Of a stretch of 64,000 nt of DNA, positions 55,320 to 64,000 are shown one piece after another. Location: positions 21,789 to 85,788 of the IMG/VR virus record IMGVR_UViG_3300028920_000059; one strand, given 5' to 3'. Below the pieces are notes generated by a model. That model was given only the letters and a program-made list of their open reading frames with translations. It searched no databases and had not been told where the DNA came from. The first letter of the stretch is position 1. Each line of letters starts with the position of its first letter. The DNA is from a virus. The position numbers and the translations under genes are program-made.

Positions 55320-55781
55320 GTGACCACATCAAGCGCCCTGGCCGACGCCGTCGTTACGGCCCTCAACACCGAAAACGCCAAGCCGAGCAACGGCGTATTT
55401 TCGCAGGACTTTACGGCCGTCCGCCGATGGGTTCCGCGGCTGGAACCTGACGAGATCGAGGACGCCTATAACGTGACCGTCGCACCGGCGGCCTGGACTC
55501 CGGACCGGAAAAGCCGCGCCAAATACCGGGTCGAGCACCGAGTACAGATAGGGATACAGAAGGGCGTGGACCCCAACGTCAACGCCGCCGCCGACCTTGT
55601 GCATGCGCTGGCCCTCGAAATATGGGGGTTTTGCAATGAGATTGCCCTTACGGGAGTGTCTGGTATAGTGTGGCTCAGGACGGAGCTACCGATTGTCTGC
55701 CTCGATGACCACCTAAGGGGCGGCAGTCAGTGCTTCACGTCCGTTGTCGAGGTGCATTTCGTGGAGCATGTGACTGTTTGA
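55320..55781 (+). CDS. tail terminator-like protein
   Basis: Position; VQIGIQK. Confidence 0.6.
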   Translation: MTTSSALADAVVTALNTENAKPSNGVFSQDFTAVRRWVPRLEPDEIEDAYNVTVAPAAWTPDRKSRAKYRVEHRVQIGIQKGVDPNVNAAADLVHALALEIWGFCNEIALTGVSGIVWLRTELPIVCLDDHLRGGSQCFTSVVEVHFVEHVTV

Positions 55782-56314
55782 TAAATTTTCAGTTGCTACC
55801 GGGCGCGACCCCGGGACAAATGAAAAGGCATTTTCTGTTCGACCAGGCCGGTCGCCCGAATATGGCCATTCAGATAGACCCTGCCAAGCGCCGATTCCTG
55901 GCGAAGTGGGGCGGGTATGTCATGACGACAGCCCGCAACCTGATTGGCTCCAGCGCGCCGGCTTACCAGCGTCCCCGGGCCGCCCCCGGCGCCCCGCGCT
56001 CCCGCACCGGCCTGCTGAAAAACCTGATTTTCTTCGGCACCGATGCCCCTGGCGTATTCATGGACGTCGGCCCGGCATTTACCAGGACCCGCCATGGCCG
56101 CGCCGACAAGCCCATTCCGGCCCTGCTGGAGTATGGCGGGACGCAGCGGGTGCCCGAGGCGGTCCCGAACCCGGACGATGCCCGCAAAAAGTGGATTCGC
56201 ACCGGCGGCACTGTCACCGCGCGCTACGCCGCGCGGCCATATATGCAGCGAGCCGTAGATATCTCAATAGCTCAAAACATGCCCGCGACACTGTGGGCAC
56301 AGTCGATCACCTGA
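55778..56314 (+). CDS. tail completion/neck protein (HK97 gp10-like)
   Basis: RTGLLK, LEYGG, ARPYM. Confidence 0.65.
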   Translation: MINFQLLPGATPGQMKRHFLFDQAGRPNMAIQIDPAKRRFLAKWGGYVMTTARNLIGSSAPAYQRPRAAPGAPRSRTGLLKNLIFFGTDAPGVFMDVGPAFTRTRHGRADKPIPALLEYGGTQRVPEAVPNPDDARKKWIRTGGTVTARYAARPYMQRAVDISIAQNMPATLWAQSIT

Positions 56315-56327
56315 AAGGATAACCAAA

Positions 56328-56777
56328 ATGTCCGACCCGTTCGTCCTTGGTATGGATGGCTACCTCTATTACAACACGACCGGCGTTGACGGTTCGGGTT
56401 CGTGGGTAGAGCTTGACAACGTCAAGAACCTGACCAGCAATCTCGAGTCCGCCGAAGCTGACGTTACAACCAGAAATAACAACGGCTGGCGCGCCACGAC
56501 CCCGACGCTCAAGGACGCATCCATTGAGTTCGAGATGGTGTGGGACCCGACCGACGCTGGTTTCACGGCGATCAAGAACGCGTACCTCAACAATACGACC
56601 CTGGGAATCATGGCCCTGGACGGTTCCAGCGCCACATCCGGCAGCCAGGGTCCGAAGTTCGATGGCCGCGTGATGTCGTTCAGCCGCGCCGAGGATCTCG
56701 AGGAGGCTATGATGGTCAGCGTAACCATCAAGCCGACGTATAGCGCCACCGCGCCGACCTGGTATACGGTTCCGTAA
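56328..56777 (+). CDS. major tail tube protein
   Basis: ADVTTR...W....TLKDASIEFEM; strong RBS. Confidence 0.8.
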   Translation: MSDPFVLGMDGYLYYNTTGVDGSGSWVELDNVKNLTSNLESAEADVTTRNNNGWRATTPTLKDASIEFEMVWDPTDAGFTAIKNAYLNNTTLGIMALDGSSATSGSQGPKFDGRVMSFSRAEDLEEAMMVSVTIKPTYSATAPTWYTVP

Positions 56778-57220
56778 TGGCCGCCTTTACTGACGTTCAG
56801 GGCCGCGCCTGGGAAGTCGCGGTCAATTACGGCGCAATGCGTCGTGTCCGCGAGTCCCTGTCAGTGAATCTGATGGAGGTTGTCGGCGGGGAGCTATTGC
56901 AGCGCATCACGTCAGACCCGGTTTTACTGATAGACATATTATATTGGGTGCTCAAGCCCCAGGCAGATGAGCGAAACATATCGATAAACGACTTCGCCGA
57001 GATATTCGACGGGGACACCGTTTATAATGCCAGCATGGCGCTACGGGACTCCATCATAAATTTTTTCCCGAAGGACAAAAGGGCGGCGGCGAAAAGGATG
57101 GTCGAGCGGGTCGATCGGATCGCCGACGAGATGTGGCAAAAAATGGAACGGGAACTGGACGATCAATTCCCGACCGATGCTGGGATGCCGTCTATCACGC
57201 CGCCGGAATCCTCGGAATAG
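56777..57220 (+). CDS. tail assembly chaperone (G-like)
   Basis: Between tail tube and tape measure; FTD..GR.W, NFFP. Confidence 0.75.
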   Translation: MAAFTDVQGRAWEVAVNYGAMRRVRESLSVNLMEVVGGELLQRITSDPVLLIDILYWVLKPQADERNISINDFAEIFDGDTVYNASMALRDSIINFFPKDKRAAAKRMVERVDRIADEMWQKMERELDDQFPTDAGMPSITPPESSE

Positions 57221-57477
57221 ACCCCTCCCCGCTCACGCTGCGGGAGTTATGCAAGATGGTAGACGCCAAGGTCCGCAACGAATGGGGGCATACGGCGTCA
57301 ATGATGGCGCTCATTGCTAATTGCAACCGCGACCCCAAGAAGCGCCGCGCCTTTGAGGCCCGGGATTTCATGCCGGCGCCATTGCGCCCGAAGAAGCTCG
57401 GCGGGCTACCGTGGTCGCCGGATGACCGGAAAAAGCTGGCAAGGCGTGCCGGCATAAAGGTGCCTGACGATGCCTAA
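57133..57477 (+). CDS. tail assembly chaperone extension (T-like, -1 frame)
   Basis: -1 frame open from 57028; slippery T TTT TTC at 57061-57067. Confidence 0.65.
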   Translation: MAKNGTGTGRSIPDRCWDAVYHAAGILGIDPSPLTLRELCKMVDAKVRNEWGHTASMMALIANCNRDPKKRRAFEARDFMPAPLRPKKLGGLPWSPDDRKKLARRAGIKVPDDA

Positions 57478-59683
57478 TCCAAGAGCGATCAACGCCGGCG
57501 GCGCGCGCGTCCGCCTGACACTTTACGATGATTTGCAAAAGGGCCTGCGCCGGGCTGAATACAAGCTCCGGGCTTTCGGCAAGAGAATTGGGAGCATGGG
57601 CCAGAGCCTTGGCCGAATATCGGCCCTTATCCTGGCCCCGCTGGCGATTGGGGGCAAGGTATTCGCCGACTTTGAGACGCAGATGGCCAAGGTCGCCACC
57701 ATGCTGGACGAACCCCAAAAGCACATGGCAAAGTTCCGCACCGGGCTACAGCAAATGGCGGTTGAGTTCGGGCAGAGCACCGCGGCGCTTGCCGATGGCC
57801 TTTATGACATTTTGTCCGCCACCATCCCCCCCGAGCGCGCCCTTGAGCTGCTGCGCGCCGGAACCAAGGCGGCGGTTGGCGGGTTCACCGATGCCAAGAC
57901 GAGCATATCGGCCCTCATTACCATCATGCAGGCATACGATAGTGAGCTGAAAAACGCGTCTGATGCCTCCGACTTCCTCTTTTCCGTCGTCAAGCGCGGC
58001 CGTCTTGATTATGCCGCACTGGCCGCGAATCTCGGCAAGGTGGCCCCGGTTGCCGCTGCCACCGGCGTCAAGCTTGAGGAATTCGGCGCCGCGCTAGCCC
58101 TCGTTACTCGTGGCATGCCCGATACCGAGCGGGCCACGACATCGCTGGCAAACATTATCGAAACATTCCTCAAAAACACCGACGACGCCGTGGCGATAGC
58201 CGACAAGCTGGGAATTGAGATGTCTTCGGCCGGCATCAAGGCTAAGGGCCTATTATACGTCATCCAAAAACTGTCACAGGTCGAACCTGATCTTGTTGCC
58301 AAGATATTCCCCCGGCGCCGCGCGCTCCGTGGCCTGATTATTGCTGTCCGCAAGGCAAAAGAGCTGGGGGTTGATATTGACGTGATCGCCGACCGGGCCG
58401 GCCGGGCCGACGAGGCATACCAGAAGGTAGCCCAAACTCTGACGCAGCGATTCAAGCAGGCATGGCAGGCCATCCTTGCATTTTTTGAGGAGATCGGCGC
58501 CGCCGTGGCCGGCCCGCTCAAAAACTTTTTTGTATGGCTTACGGAAACCCTCGGCATGCTCAAGCAATGGGCATCGGAAAATCACGGGCTAATCCAATCG
58601 GTCGGGAAGCTCGGGCTTGTGCTCGGCGGTATCGCTATCGGGCTAATGACCCTGGGCGCGGCGATACAGGGTGTCGCGTTTGTTTTGGGCGGACTGACGA
58701 TGGCCCTTACCGTGGCCAAGGTGTCGGCGATTGCCTTTGCCGGGGTCATTACCGCCCTGGCGTCTCCGATTGGAGTTCTGGCCCTGGGGTTCGCCGGGCT
58801 TGGCGTTGCCGTGCTGGCGTCGTCCGAGGAGGGGCGCCAGGCGTTCGGGAATTTCGGATCGACGGTCAAGCAGACCATTCGCGGCATATCCGACGCACTC
58901 CATGCGGGCGACATCTCAGCCGCAATGACCGTGCTGTGGGAGGGCATCAAGGCCATCTGGGCTGACGGCGTGTATGCGCTAAAAAACCTGTGGATCAACA
59001 TGAAAGAGAATTTCCAGACCAATATCTTCTCGATGCTGGAAATCATCCAAGACTTTTTCCTCGGCCCGAACAGCCTTGTCGGATGGGCCGAAAAGGCCAT
59101 CAACTACGTACTGGACAAGCTGACGCAGCTCGGCGACAAGTTCCAGGAGTTGCGGGAATTCTACGACGAATCGGTGGGGCCGTCCAAGATCATTGCCCGT
59201 GACGCCGAGGGCAACTTGGTACTCAACGAGCAGGAGGGGCCAGCCAAGCCCCGGGCGCCGGCAAATGCCCCGTCATACCTGGACATCGTCAAGGCCGATG
59301 CCGAGCGGGCGCGCAAGGACGCGGCCAAGGCCAGGGAGGAGGCGCGGACGGGGTTTGTCGCGGCGACAACCAAGGCCATGGCCCAACGGATGGCGTCACA
59401 GGCCGACACTGAATGGGACAAGGGCATTTCGGACTTCCTGGGGTCGTTCAGCAAGCGGCCGATAGGTGCTGGCGCAACGCCCGATACCGATATTGACCTG
59501 GACGGACTGAATCAGGCGATCAGCGGCATAGAGACCGCCGGTTTCTTCCGGCTGGCCGAACCTGGTGGCATCGGTGCCGGAACGTCGGTTGCGCGCGAAC
59601 AATTAGACGTGTTGAAAAACATTAGCAAGTCCAGTAAGGACATCGAAGAAAACACCAGGGACAGCACCCTTACATGGGGATAA
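57470..59683 (+). CDS. tape measure protein (TP901 family)
   Basis: FADFE..MAKV, LYDILSA, LGKVAPVAAA.GV.LEE; Ala/Gly-rich with a hydrophobic segment. Confidence 0.88.
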   Translation: MPNPRAINAGGARVRLTLYDDLQKGLRRAEYKLRAFGKRIGSMGQSLGRISALILAPLAIGGKVFADFETQMAKVATMLDEPQKHMAKFRTGLQQMAVEFGQSTAALADGLYDILSATIPPERALELLRAGTKAAVGGFTDAKTSISALITIMQAYDSELKNASDASDFLFSVVKRGRLDYAALAANLGKVAPVAAATGVKLEEFGAALALVTRGMPDTERATTSLANIIETFLKNTDDAVAIADKLGIEMSSAGIKAKGLLYVIQKLSQVEPDLVAKIFPRRRALRGLIIAVRKAKELGVDIDVIADRAGRADEAYQKVAQTLTQRFKQAWQAILAFFEEIGAAVAGPLKNFFVWLTETLGMLKQWASENHGLIQSVGKLGLVLGGIAIGLMTLGAAIQGVAFVLGGLTMALTVAKVSAIAFAGVITALASPIGVLALGFAGLGVAVLASSEEGRQAFGNFGSTVKQTIRGISDALHAGDISAAMTVLWEGIKAIWADGVYALKNLWINMKENFQTNIFSMLEIIQDFFLGPNSLVGWAEKAINYVLDKLTQLGDKFQELREFYDESVGPSKIIARDAEGNLVLNEQEGPAKPRAPANAPSYLDIVKADAERARKDAAKAREEARTGFVAATTKAMAQRMASQADTEWDKGISDFLGSFSKRPIGAGATPDTDIDLDGLNQAISGIETAGFFRLAEPGGIGAGTSVAREQLDVLKNISKSSKDIEENTRDSTLTWG

Positions 59684-59686
59684 GAC

Positions 59687-60520
59687 ATGGCCGACGGCAC
59701 GCGCATATTTGGGTCTGACGATTTCGAGTTCGGCGATTCGCCACGGGTGCGCCTTACATACCTGGTGACCGAGGCAGCCGACCAGGACGCGGTCTATACA
59801 TGGATCAACGCGAACGTCAATGCTTACGACGACTTCGGCCCCGTCAGACTCAAGAGAACCGCGGAGCGCATAGTCGATGAGGTGGAGGAGGGCGCGAAGT
59901 GGCGGGTTGAAGTGACCTATACCCTCCCGACTATCAATGACACCGACGACCCTACCCCCGGCAAGTCATTCACCACGGCCGGAGGGACCCAGCACATCAC
60001 GACCAGCAAGGAAACGATTGCCAATTATCCGGACGGGACATCTCCGGTCCACAAGCAGGTTATCGGCTTCGACGGAGAAAACGTCAACGGCTGCGACATC
60101 GTTGTTCCGATATTCGATTTCCAACAGACGATGTTCAAGACGGCCGCGCAGGTCGATAGTACGTATATTGCCACCATCATGGCGGCCACCGGCAAGGTCA
60201 ATAGTGACGCGGTTACGACCTGTCCGTTCAAGAGCAACATTGCCGCTGGCGAGCTGCTATTCCTTGGCGCTGACGGTGTTCAGCCCGAACCCGGTGGCGA
60301 CTGGGAGATTACCTACCGGTTCAGCTACAGCCCGAACCTCACGAATCAGACAATCGGCGACATCACCGGCATTGCAAAAAGGGGCTGGGAATATCTCTGG
60401 GTCCGCTTCCAGGACGACGAGAGCAACAGCACTCCGATCAAGGAACCGGCGTCCGCGCACGTCGAGCGGGTATACGATACCACGACCGTATTGAGCCTAG
60501 ACCTGGACGGGTGGTCGTAA
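59687..60520 (+). CDS. distal tail/baseplate protein
   Basis: Follows tape measure; GELLFLGA, W.ITYRF, KRGWEYLWV. Confidence 0.6.
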   Translation: MADGTRIFGSDDFEFGDSPRVRLTYLVTEAADQDAVYTWINANVNAYDDFGPVRLKRTAERIVDEVEEGAKWRVEVTYTLPTINDTDDPTPGKSFTTAGGTQHITTSKETIANYPDGTSPVHKQVIGFDGENVNGCDIVVPIFDFQQTMFKTAAQVDSTYIATIMAATGKVNSDAVTTCPFKSNIAAGELLFLGADGVQPEPGGDWEITYRFSYSPNLTNQTIGDITGIAKRGWEYLWVRFQDDESNSTPIKEPASAHVERVYDTTTVLSLDLDGWS

Positions 60521-62343
60521 TGACATCGGCCAATGGCGGTAAGTTTCGTCATGTCGCCGCGGGGGAAGCGTTCCGCCCGCGGGCCGCCGATTGGAATGGG
60601 GCCATGGACGCCGCCCGGGTTGTGTCCGGCGGCGGATTTGCCCAGGCCGAGGCGACCAAGAATCGCAACCGGAATGTCATCGTCACGGTCTACAATGACA
60701 GCGCCGAGGATGTGCCCCGCAACGGCATCATGGCAATTACTGGGGTCAAGATTACCCCGGGCGACAAGGCGTCGATACTCCGCGACGGGCCGATTCTCAC
60801 CGGCGACATCCCCAGTGCGGCAGATGATCGCTTTTGCGTCACCCTCCAGGCGATAGATGCCGGGGCATACGGCAAGGCCGTGCTCTCCGGCATGATGCCA
60901 TGCACGGTCAACGTCATCGACGCAACGCATACGCTGGCCCAGTGCGACCTCACGAGCGATGCCAACGGCGTGGCCAGGCTGGAGTCCTCCAACGTCGGGG
61001 ACGCCTCGATATTGTGGAAGGACACCGGCACCGGGGAAAAAGATGCCCTAGTTATCTTTCCGTGGGGTGTCAGCCGAGGCGATATTATCAACGTCAACAA
61101 GACAAGTCATGGGTGGTCGGCATGGACGGCGGTTGCCGCCGACGGCGTGGCGGACTCTGACTGGGAAACCGCCGATACCGACAATAATGGGGGCTATATC
61201 CGCAAGGGGGTTGTGGTCGCCTCCGTGGACTCCGATAATGCGCTGGTCCTGGTCGGGCGCGGTCACCTCCCGTACAATGCGAGTTATACCGCCGGCGAGC
61301 GTCTGTGGCTTGACGCAGACAATAACGGTGTACTCGTGGACACCGAGGCCACCGGCGATATCCTGTGGATGGATTTGGACGGGGACGACGCGCAGCTCGG
61401 GACGATCCTTTGGCCGGCCTACGAGACCGAAACCGGGACAGAGATCACCGTTACCCAGGCATCCCACGGCTGGTCGGTCGGAGACCTGGTTATCGCCCCC
61501 GACGTGCACACCGACATATGGGCGGAGACCCCGGTATGGTACGAGCTGACCAATGGCAGCGTACCCGATTTAGGGTATGCGATGCTTCGCGGTGTGGTGC
61601 TCGAGGTTCCGGACGGAAATACCGCGGTTATACTGATCGAGGGGCGAGGGACCGTCACTGGCTCGCCAGGATATACCGCCGGCAAAATATACGGGGCCAT
61701 TGAGGGTAGCGATCAGCCCGGCTTGCAATCGGCCAACGAACAGTTTGAGGGTTGGTTTTACGCCATTGATTCGTCAGAGATATGGCTATTGCCGCGCGCT
61801 CCCGAGCCGATGCGTGCCATCGCAGAGGAGCAGGTCGGGCTATTTTGGTCGGGGGCGAGCAGTGATAGCGACGAGTCAGACCCGATTTATTTCCGCCTCA
61901 AGGGCAATTCGCTGCTGATTTGCTCGGCCAACATCAGCGGCAGCCTCGACGGAGAGGTGTACGACGCTGCCATATTTTTGGTCGTTCGGCTGGAGGAGTG
62001 GCACGAGACCAACCAATATGTTCGCGTGAACCTCAACGGCATATCGGTGAGCATCAGCGTGGAGGACAAGACGACCAGTGTGGCCGATGGCCACTCTCAC
62101 ACCTACAGTCAGTCCCGGGCAAGGGTCATCGGGCAGACTACGCTAGATACGCAGATAGCCAACGGGAGCTGGACACAGATTGCCAGTGCCAGCATATCGG
62201 AGTCCGGGGGTGACAGCTATACCATCACCATCAAGATGCAGGCTTATATTGATGGTTCCGGCGTTCCATACGTCAAGGTGCAGTTCAACGGCGCCGGCGA
62301 CGACACGGCAGGCCCGACGCTAAATCTCAACATGCTGCCGTGA
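60520..62343 (+). CDS. tail tip / receptor-binding protein
   Basis: Last tail gene; beta-rich; repeated SHGWS and YTAG modules. Confidence 0.6.
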   Translation: MTSANGGKFRHVAAGEAFRPRAADWNGAMDAARVVSGGGFAQAEATKNRNRNVIVTVYNDSAEDVPRNGIMAITGVKITPGDKASILRDGPILTGDIPSAADDRFCVTLQAIDAGAYGKAVLSGMMPCTVNVIDATHTLAQCDLTSDANGVARLESSNVGDASILWKDTGTGEKDALVIFPWGVSRGDIINVNKTSHGWSAWTAVAADGVADSDWETADTDNNGGYIRKGVVVASVDSDNALVLVGRGHLPYNASYTAGERLWLDADNNGVLVDTEATGDILWMDLDGDDAQLGTILWPAYETETGTEITVTQASHGWSVGDLVIAPDVHTDIWAETPVWYELTNGSVPDLGYAMLRGVVLEVPDGNTAVILIEGRGTVTGSPGYTAGKIYGAIEGSDQPGLQSANEQFEGWFYAIDSSEIWLLPRAPEPMRAIAEEQVGLFWSGASSDSDESDPIYFRLKGNSLLICSANISGSLDGEVYDAAIFLVVRLEEWHETNQYVRVNLNGISVSISVEDKTTSVADGHSHTYSQSRARVIGQTTLDTQIANGSWTQIASASISESGGDSYTITIKMQAYIDGSGVPYVKVQFNGAGDDTAGPTLNLNMLP

Positions 62344-62422
62344 CCGCAGCCTGAATCACTCACTACAACCCGCTGCCGCCGATTTGCCCTTGTCCGGTGG
62401 ATAGATCCCGGATGATGCGCGC

Positions 62423-62629
62423 ATGTTCGATCCACAAGACCCCCGATCAGACCCGTACCGCCGCCTGACCCGCCAGCAGGCTATACGGGCGTATTGTCTG
62501 TGGTGCTGCGGCGAGATGGGATGGTCCGAAGTCAAGCGGTGTCCATCCGGCCCCGATAGCCCATCCCCGTGCCCCCTGTGGCGATATCGGACGGGTCACG
62601 AAACCCCGGTGGCGGCCGCCCCGAATTAG
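62423..62629 (+). CDS. small Cys-rich protein
   Basis: AIRAYCLWCCG...EV.RC...CPLW.YR.G. Confidence 0.6.
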   Translation: MFDPQDPRSDPYRRLTRQQAIRAYCLWCCGEMGWSEVKRCPSGPDSPSPCPLWRYRTGHETPVAAAPN

Positions 62630-62806
62630 GGCGACTTTGCCCTAGTTTTGGGGGGCGTACTACCCAAAAGTCAGAGGAAGTCGGTTCCGTGGTGGTCCGG
62701 TAGGGGTCGAAATCGGCCGGACATGGCGTAAGCCACGGCGGCCCCAGGGGTTATGGCCGGAATCGGACTTGTTTGACACACTGTACCCTGCGAGCCTAGT
62801 CCATTG

Positions 62807-62835
62807 TTGCGGTCTTTGCCGCCCGGGTGTATATT
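62807..62835 (+). promoter_or_regulatory. sigma70-like promoter of the right cassette array
   Basis: TTGCGG-17-TATATT followed by (CTACCAC)3 CAGGAG. Confidence 0.55.
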
Positions 62836-62886
62836 GCACCCGTCAAGCAAGACCTACCACCTACCACCTACCACCAGGAGAGAATC

Positions 62887-63435
62887 ATGCAGACCTACTA
62901 CGTTACCGAGCACACCTACACGCTGGCCAGCGACACGATCCCGCTGGAGTGGCAGCACTACTACCTGATCCAGACCGCGCCCGCCTGCGGCAATTTGAGC
63001 GGCGATCCCATCACCGACGGCTGGTGCGGCACCACCGACGACTGGGCCGAGTGCGCCCACGGCGAGTACTGCACGCTTGAGGAGGCTCAGGAGGCCGTGC
63101 GGCGTCTGATCGGCTGCGACCGGCTCCACCACCACGCTTGCGATAGCGAGACCGGATTCCCCGGCGGCTGGGATGAGCACGACGAAACCCTGGTGGAGTG
63201 CTACAGCCGCCAAGACCTCACCTGGACCACCTGGGATACCGGCGAGTGGCTCTACGGCCAGGACGCCCACCCGGACGGCGTGACCGCCGAGACTACCGAC
63301 GAGGAGCTGGCCGGGCTGGCGGATGAGGCCGAGGCCATCGCCGAGATGGACCGTGTGCGGCTGGACGGTGAGGGCGTGCTTGATGTGCTGACCCGCGACC
63401 GCGACGAGCAGCGCGAGGATGCCATTGCCGACTGA
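62887..63435 (+). CDS. acidic hypothetical protein (first cassette of right array)
   Basis: MQTYYVTEH start after the CTACCAC leader and RBS. Confidence 0.7.
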   Translation: MQTYYVTEHTYTLASDTIPLEWQHYYLIQTAPACGNLSGDPITDGWCGTTDDWAECAHGEYCTLEEAQEAVRRLIGCDRLHHHACDSETGFPGGWDEHDETLVECYSRQDLTWTTWDTGEWLYGQDAHPDGVTAETTDEELAGLADEAEAIAEMDRVRLDGEGVLDVLTRDRDEQREDAIAD

Positions 63436-63443
63436 CCTTCCCC

Positions 63444-63498
63444 CATAGCCTCACAGCCCCGGCCGTCTCAGCGGTGCGGGGCTGAGGCAGTGAGAGAC
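63444..63498 (+). repeat. bulged-hairpin intergenic repeat, copy D
   Basis: Same stem as copies B and C; followed by (CTACCAC)4 ACAAGGAG. Confidence 0.9.
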
Positions 63499-63544
63499 GC
63501 CACCTACCACCTACCACCTACCACCTACCACACAAGGAGAGACC

Positions 63545-63736
63545 ATGCAAACCGCCATCATCAACGAGTCCGATTGCTGTAATTACAAAATCGAGCGCAT
63601 TGTTCTGGACGACTCAACCACACATTATTACGTGTGGGTAAGATGCGCCGAAAAGCGCTCCTGGTCCTGCGTCAAGTGCCGGAATAGCGATGCCGCCGAT
63701 GCGCTCTTCGAAGCTATTCTAGCTGCGGTGGAGTGA
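63545..63736 (+). CDS. small hypothetical protein (cassette)
   Basis: 63 aa ORF filling the space between repeats D and E. Confidence 0.7.
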   Translation: MQTAIINESDCCNYKIERIVLDDSTTHYYVWVRCAEKRSWSCVKCRNSDAADALFEAILAAVE

Positions 63737-63744
63737 CCTTCCCC

Positions 63745-63799
63745 CATAGCCTCACAGCCCCGGCCGTCCCAGCGGTGCGGGGCTGAGGCAGTGAGAGAC
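63745..63799 (+). repeat. bulged-hairpin intergenic repeat, copy E
   Basis: One base different from copy D; followed by (CTACCAC)2 AAGGAG. Confidence 0.9.
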
Positions 63800-63829
63800 G
63801 CCTACCACCTACCACAAGGAGAGACTACC

Positions 63830-64000
63830 ATGCGCTACCAGGACGAAGATGGGACCTACTACGATATCTGCCGATCGTGCCATCAAGGCATGAGCGACGA
63901 GGAGGTTCACAAGGAATTAGGCTTATTGGGTCAGGACGTGTTCGCGTGGACCGAGGAGGGCGAAGTACGCGAGGCAGAGGAGGTCTACCAGATAGTGATA
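63830..64000 (+). CDS. second copy of the 9018..9263 cassette gene (partial)
   Basis: 170/171 nt identical to the reverse complement of 9093..9263. Confidence 0.85.
   Translation, partial: MRYQDEDGTYYDICRSCHQGMSDEEVHKELGLLGQDVFAWTEEGEVREAEEVYQIVI

Noticed and set aside
1-64000. tRNA/rRNA genes, integrase, reverse transcriptase/DGR, cas1/cas2, transposase, inteins
   Set aside because: No recognisable motifs on manual reading; short RNAs could still be missed without covariance searches.

Overview
The window is entirely tailed-phage (Caudoviricetes) DNA. I saw no host housekeeping genes, rRNA, tRNA or integrase. 1-30010 (minus strand) is an early, replication and recombination arm: split SbcC plus SbcD, RuvC-like resolvase, 5'-3' exonuclease, RecA/UvsX, gp32-like SSB, UvsY-like protein, clamp loader, sliding clamp, split PolA with a uracil-DNA glycosylase domain, DnaB, primase, SNF2 helicase, sigma factor and nucleotide-sugar/glycosyltransferase genes. 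30159-62343 (plus strand) is a late arm with two unrelated head modules. The first has terminase, portal, gp7-like protein, DUF2213 protease and major capsid. The second has a protease-capsid fusion, DUF2190 protein, glycan-modifying genes and a siphovirus neck and tail. This suggests a hybrid or chimera of two phages. The top finding is at 4027-5494: a solo RAMP/Cas7-like gene and a small partner gene, followed directly by a non-coding array of GGT-NN pentamers. GGCAGGT delimiters divide the array into six complete units of 9-12 variable dinucleotides plus a partial 5' unit, making this a candidate phage-encoded RNA-guided system with a non-contiguous guide code. Other findings are two arrays of small genes separated by a conserved bulged-hairpin/CTACCAC repeat that share one near-identical cassette in inverted orientation, an attC-like cassette, a possible UDP-xylose-dependent DNA glycosylation pathway, and a probable virion-glycosylation cluster. 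All protein calls come from reading motifs by eye; no searches were run.
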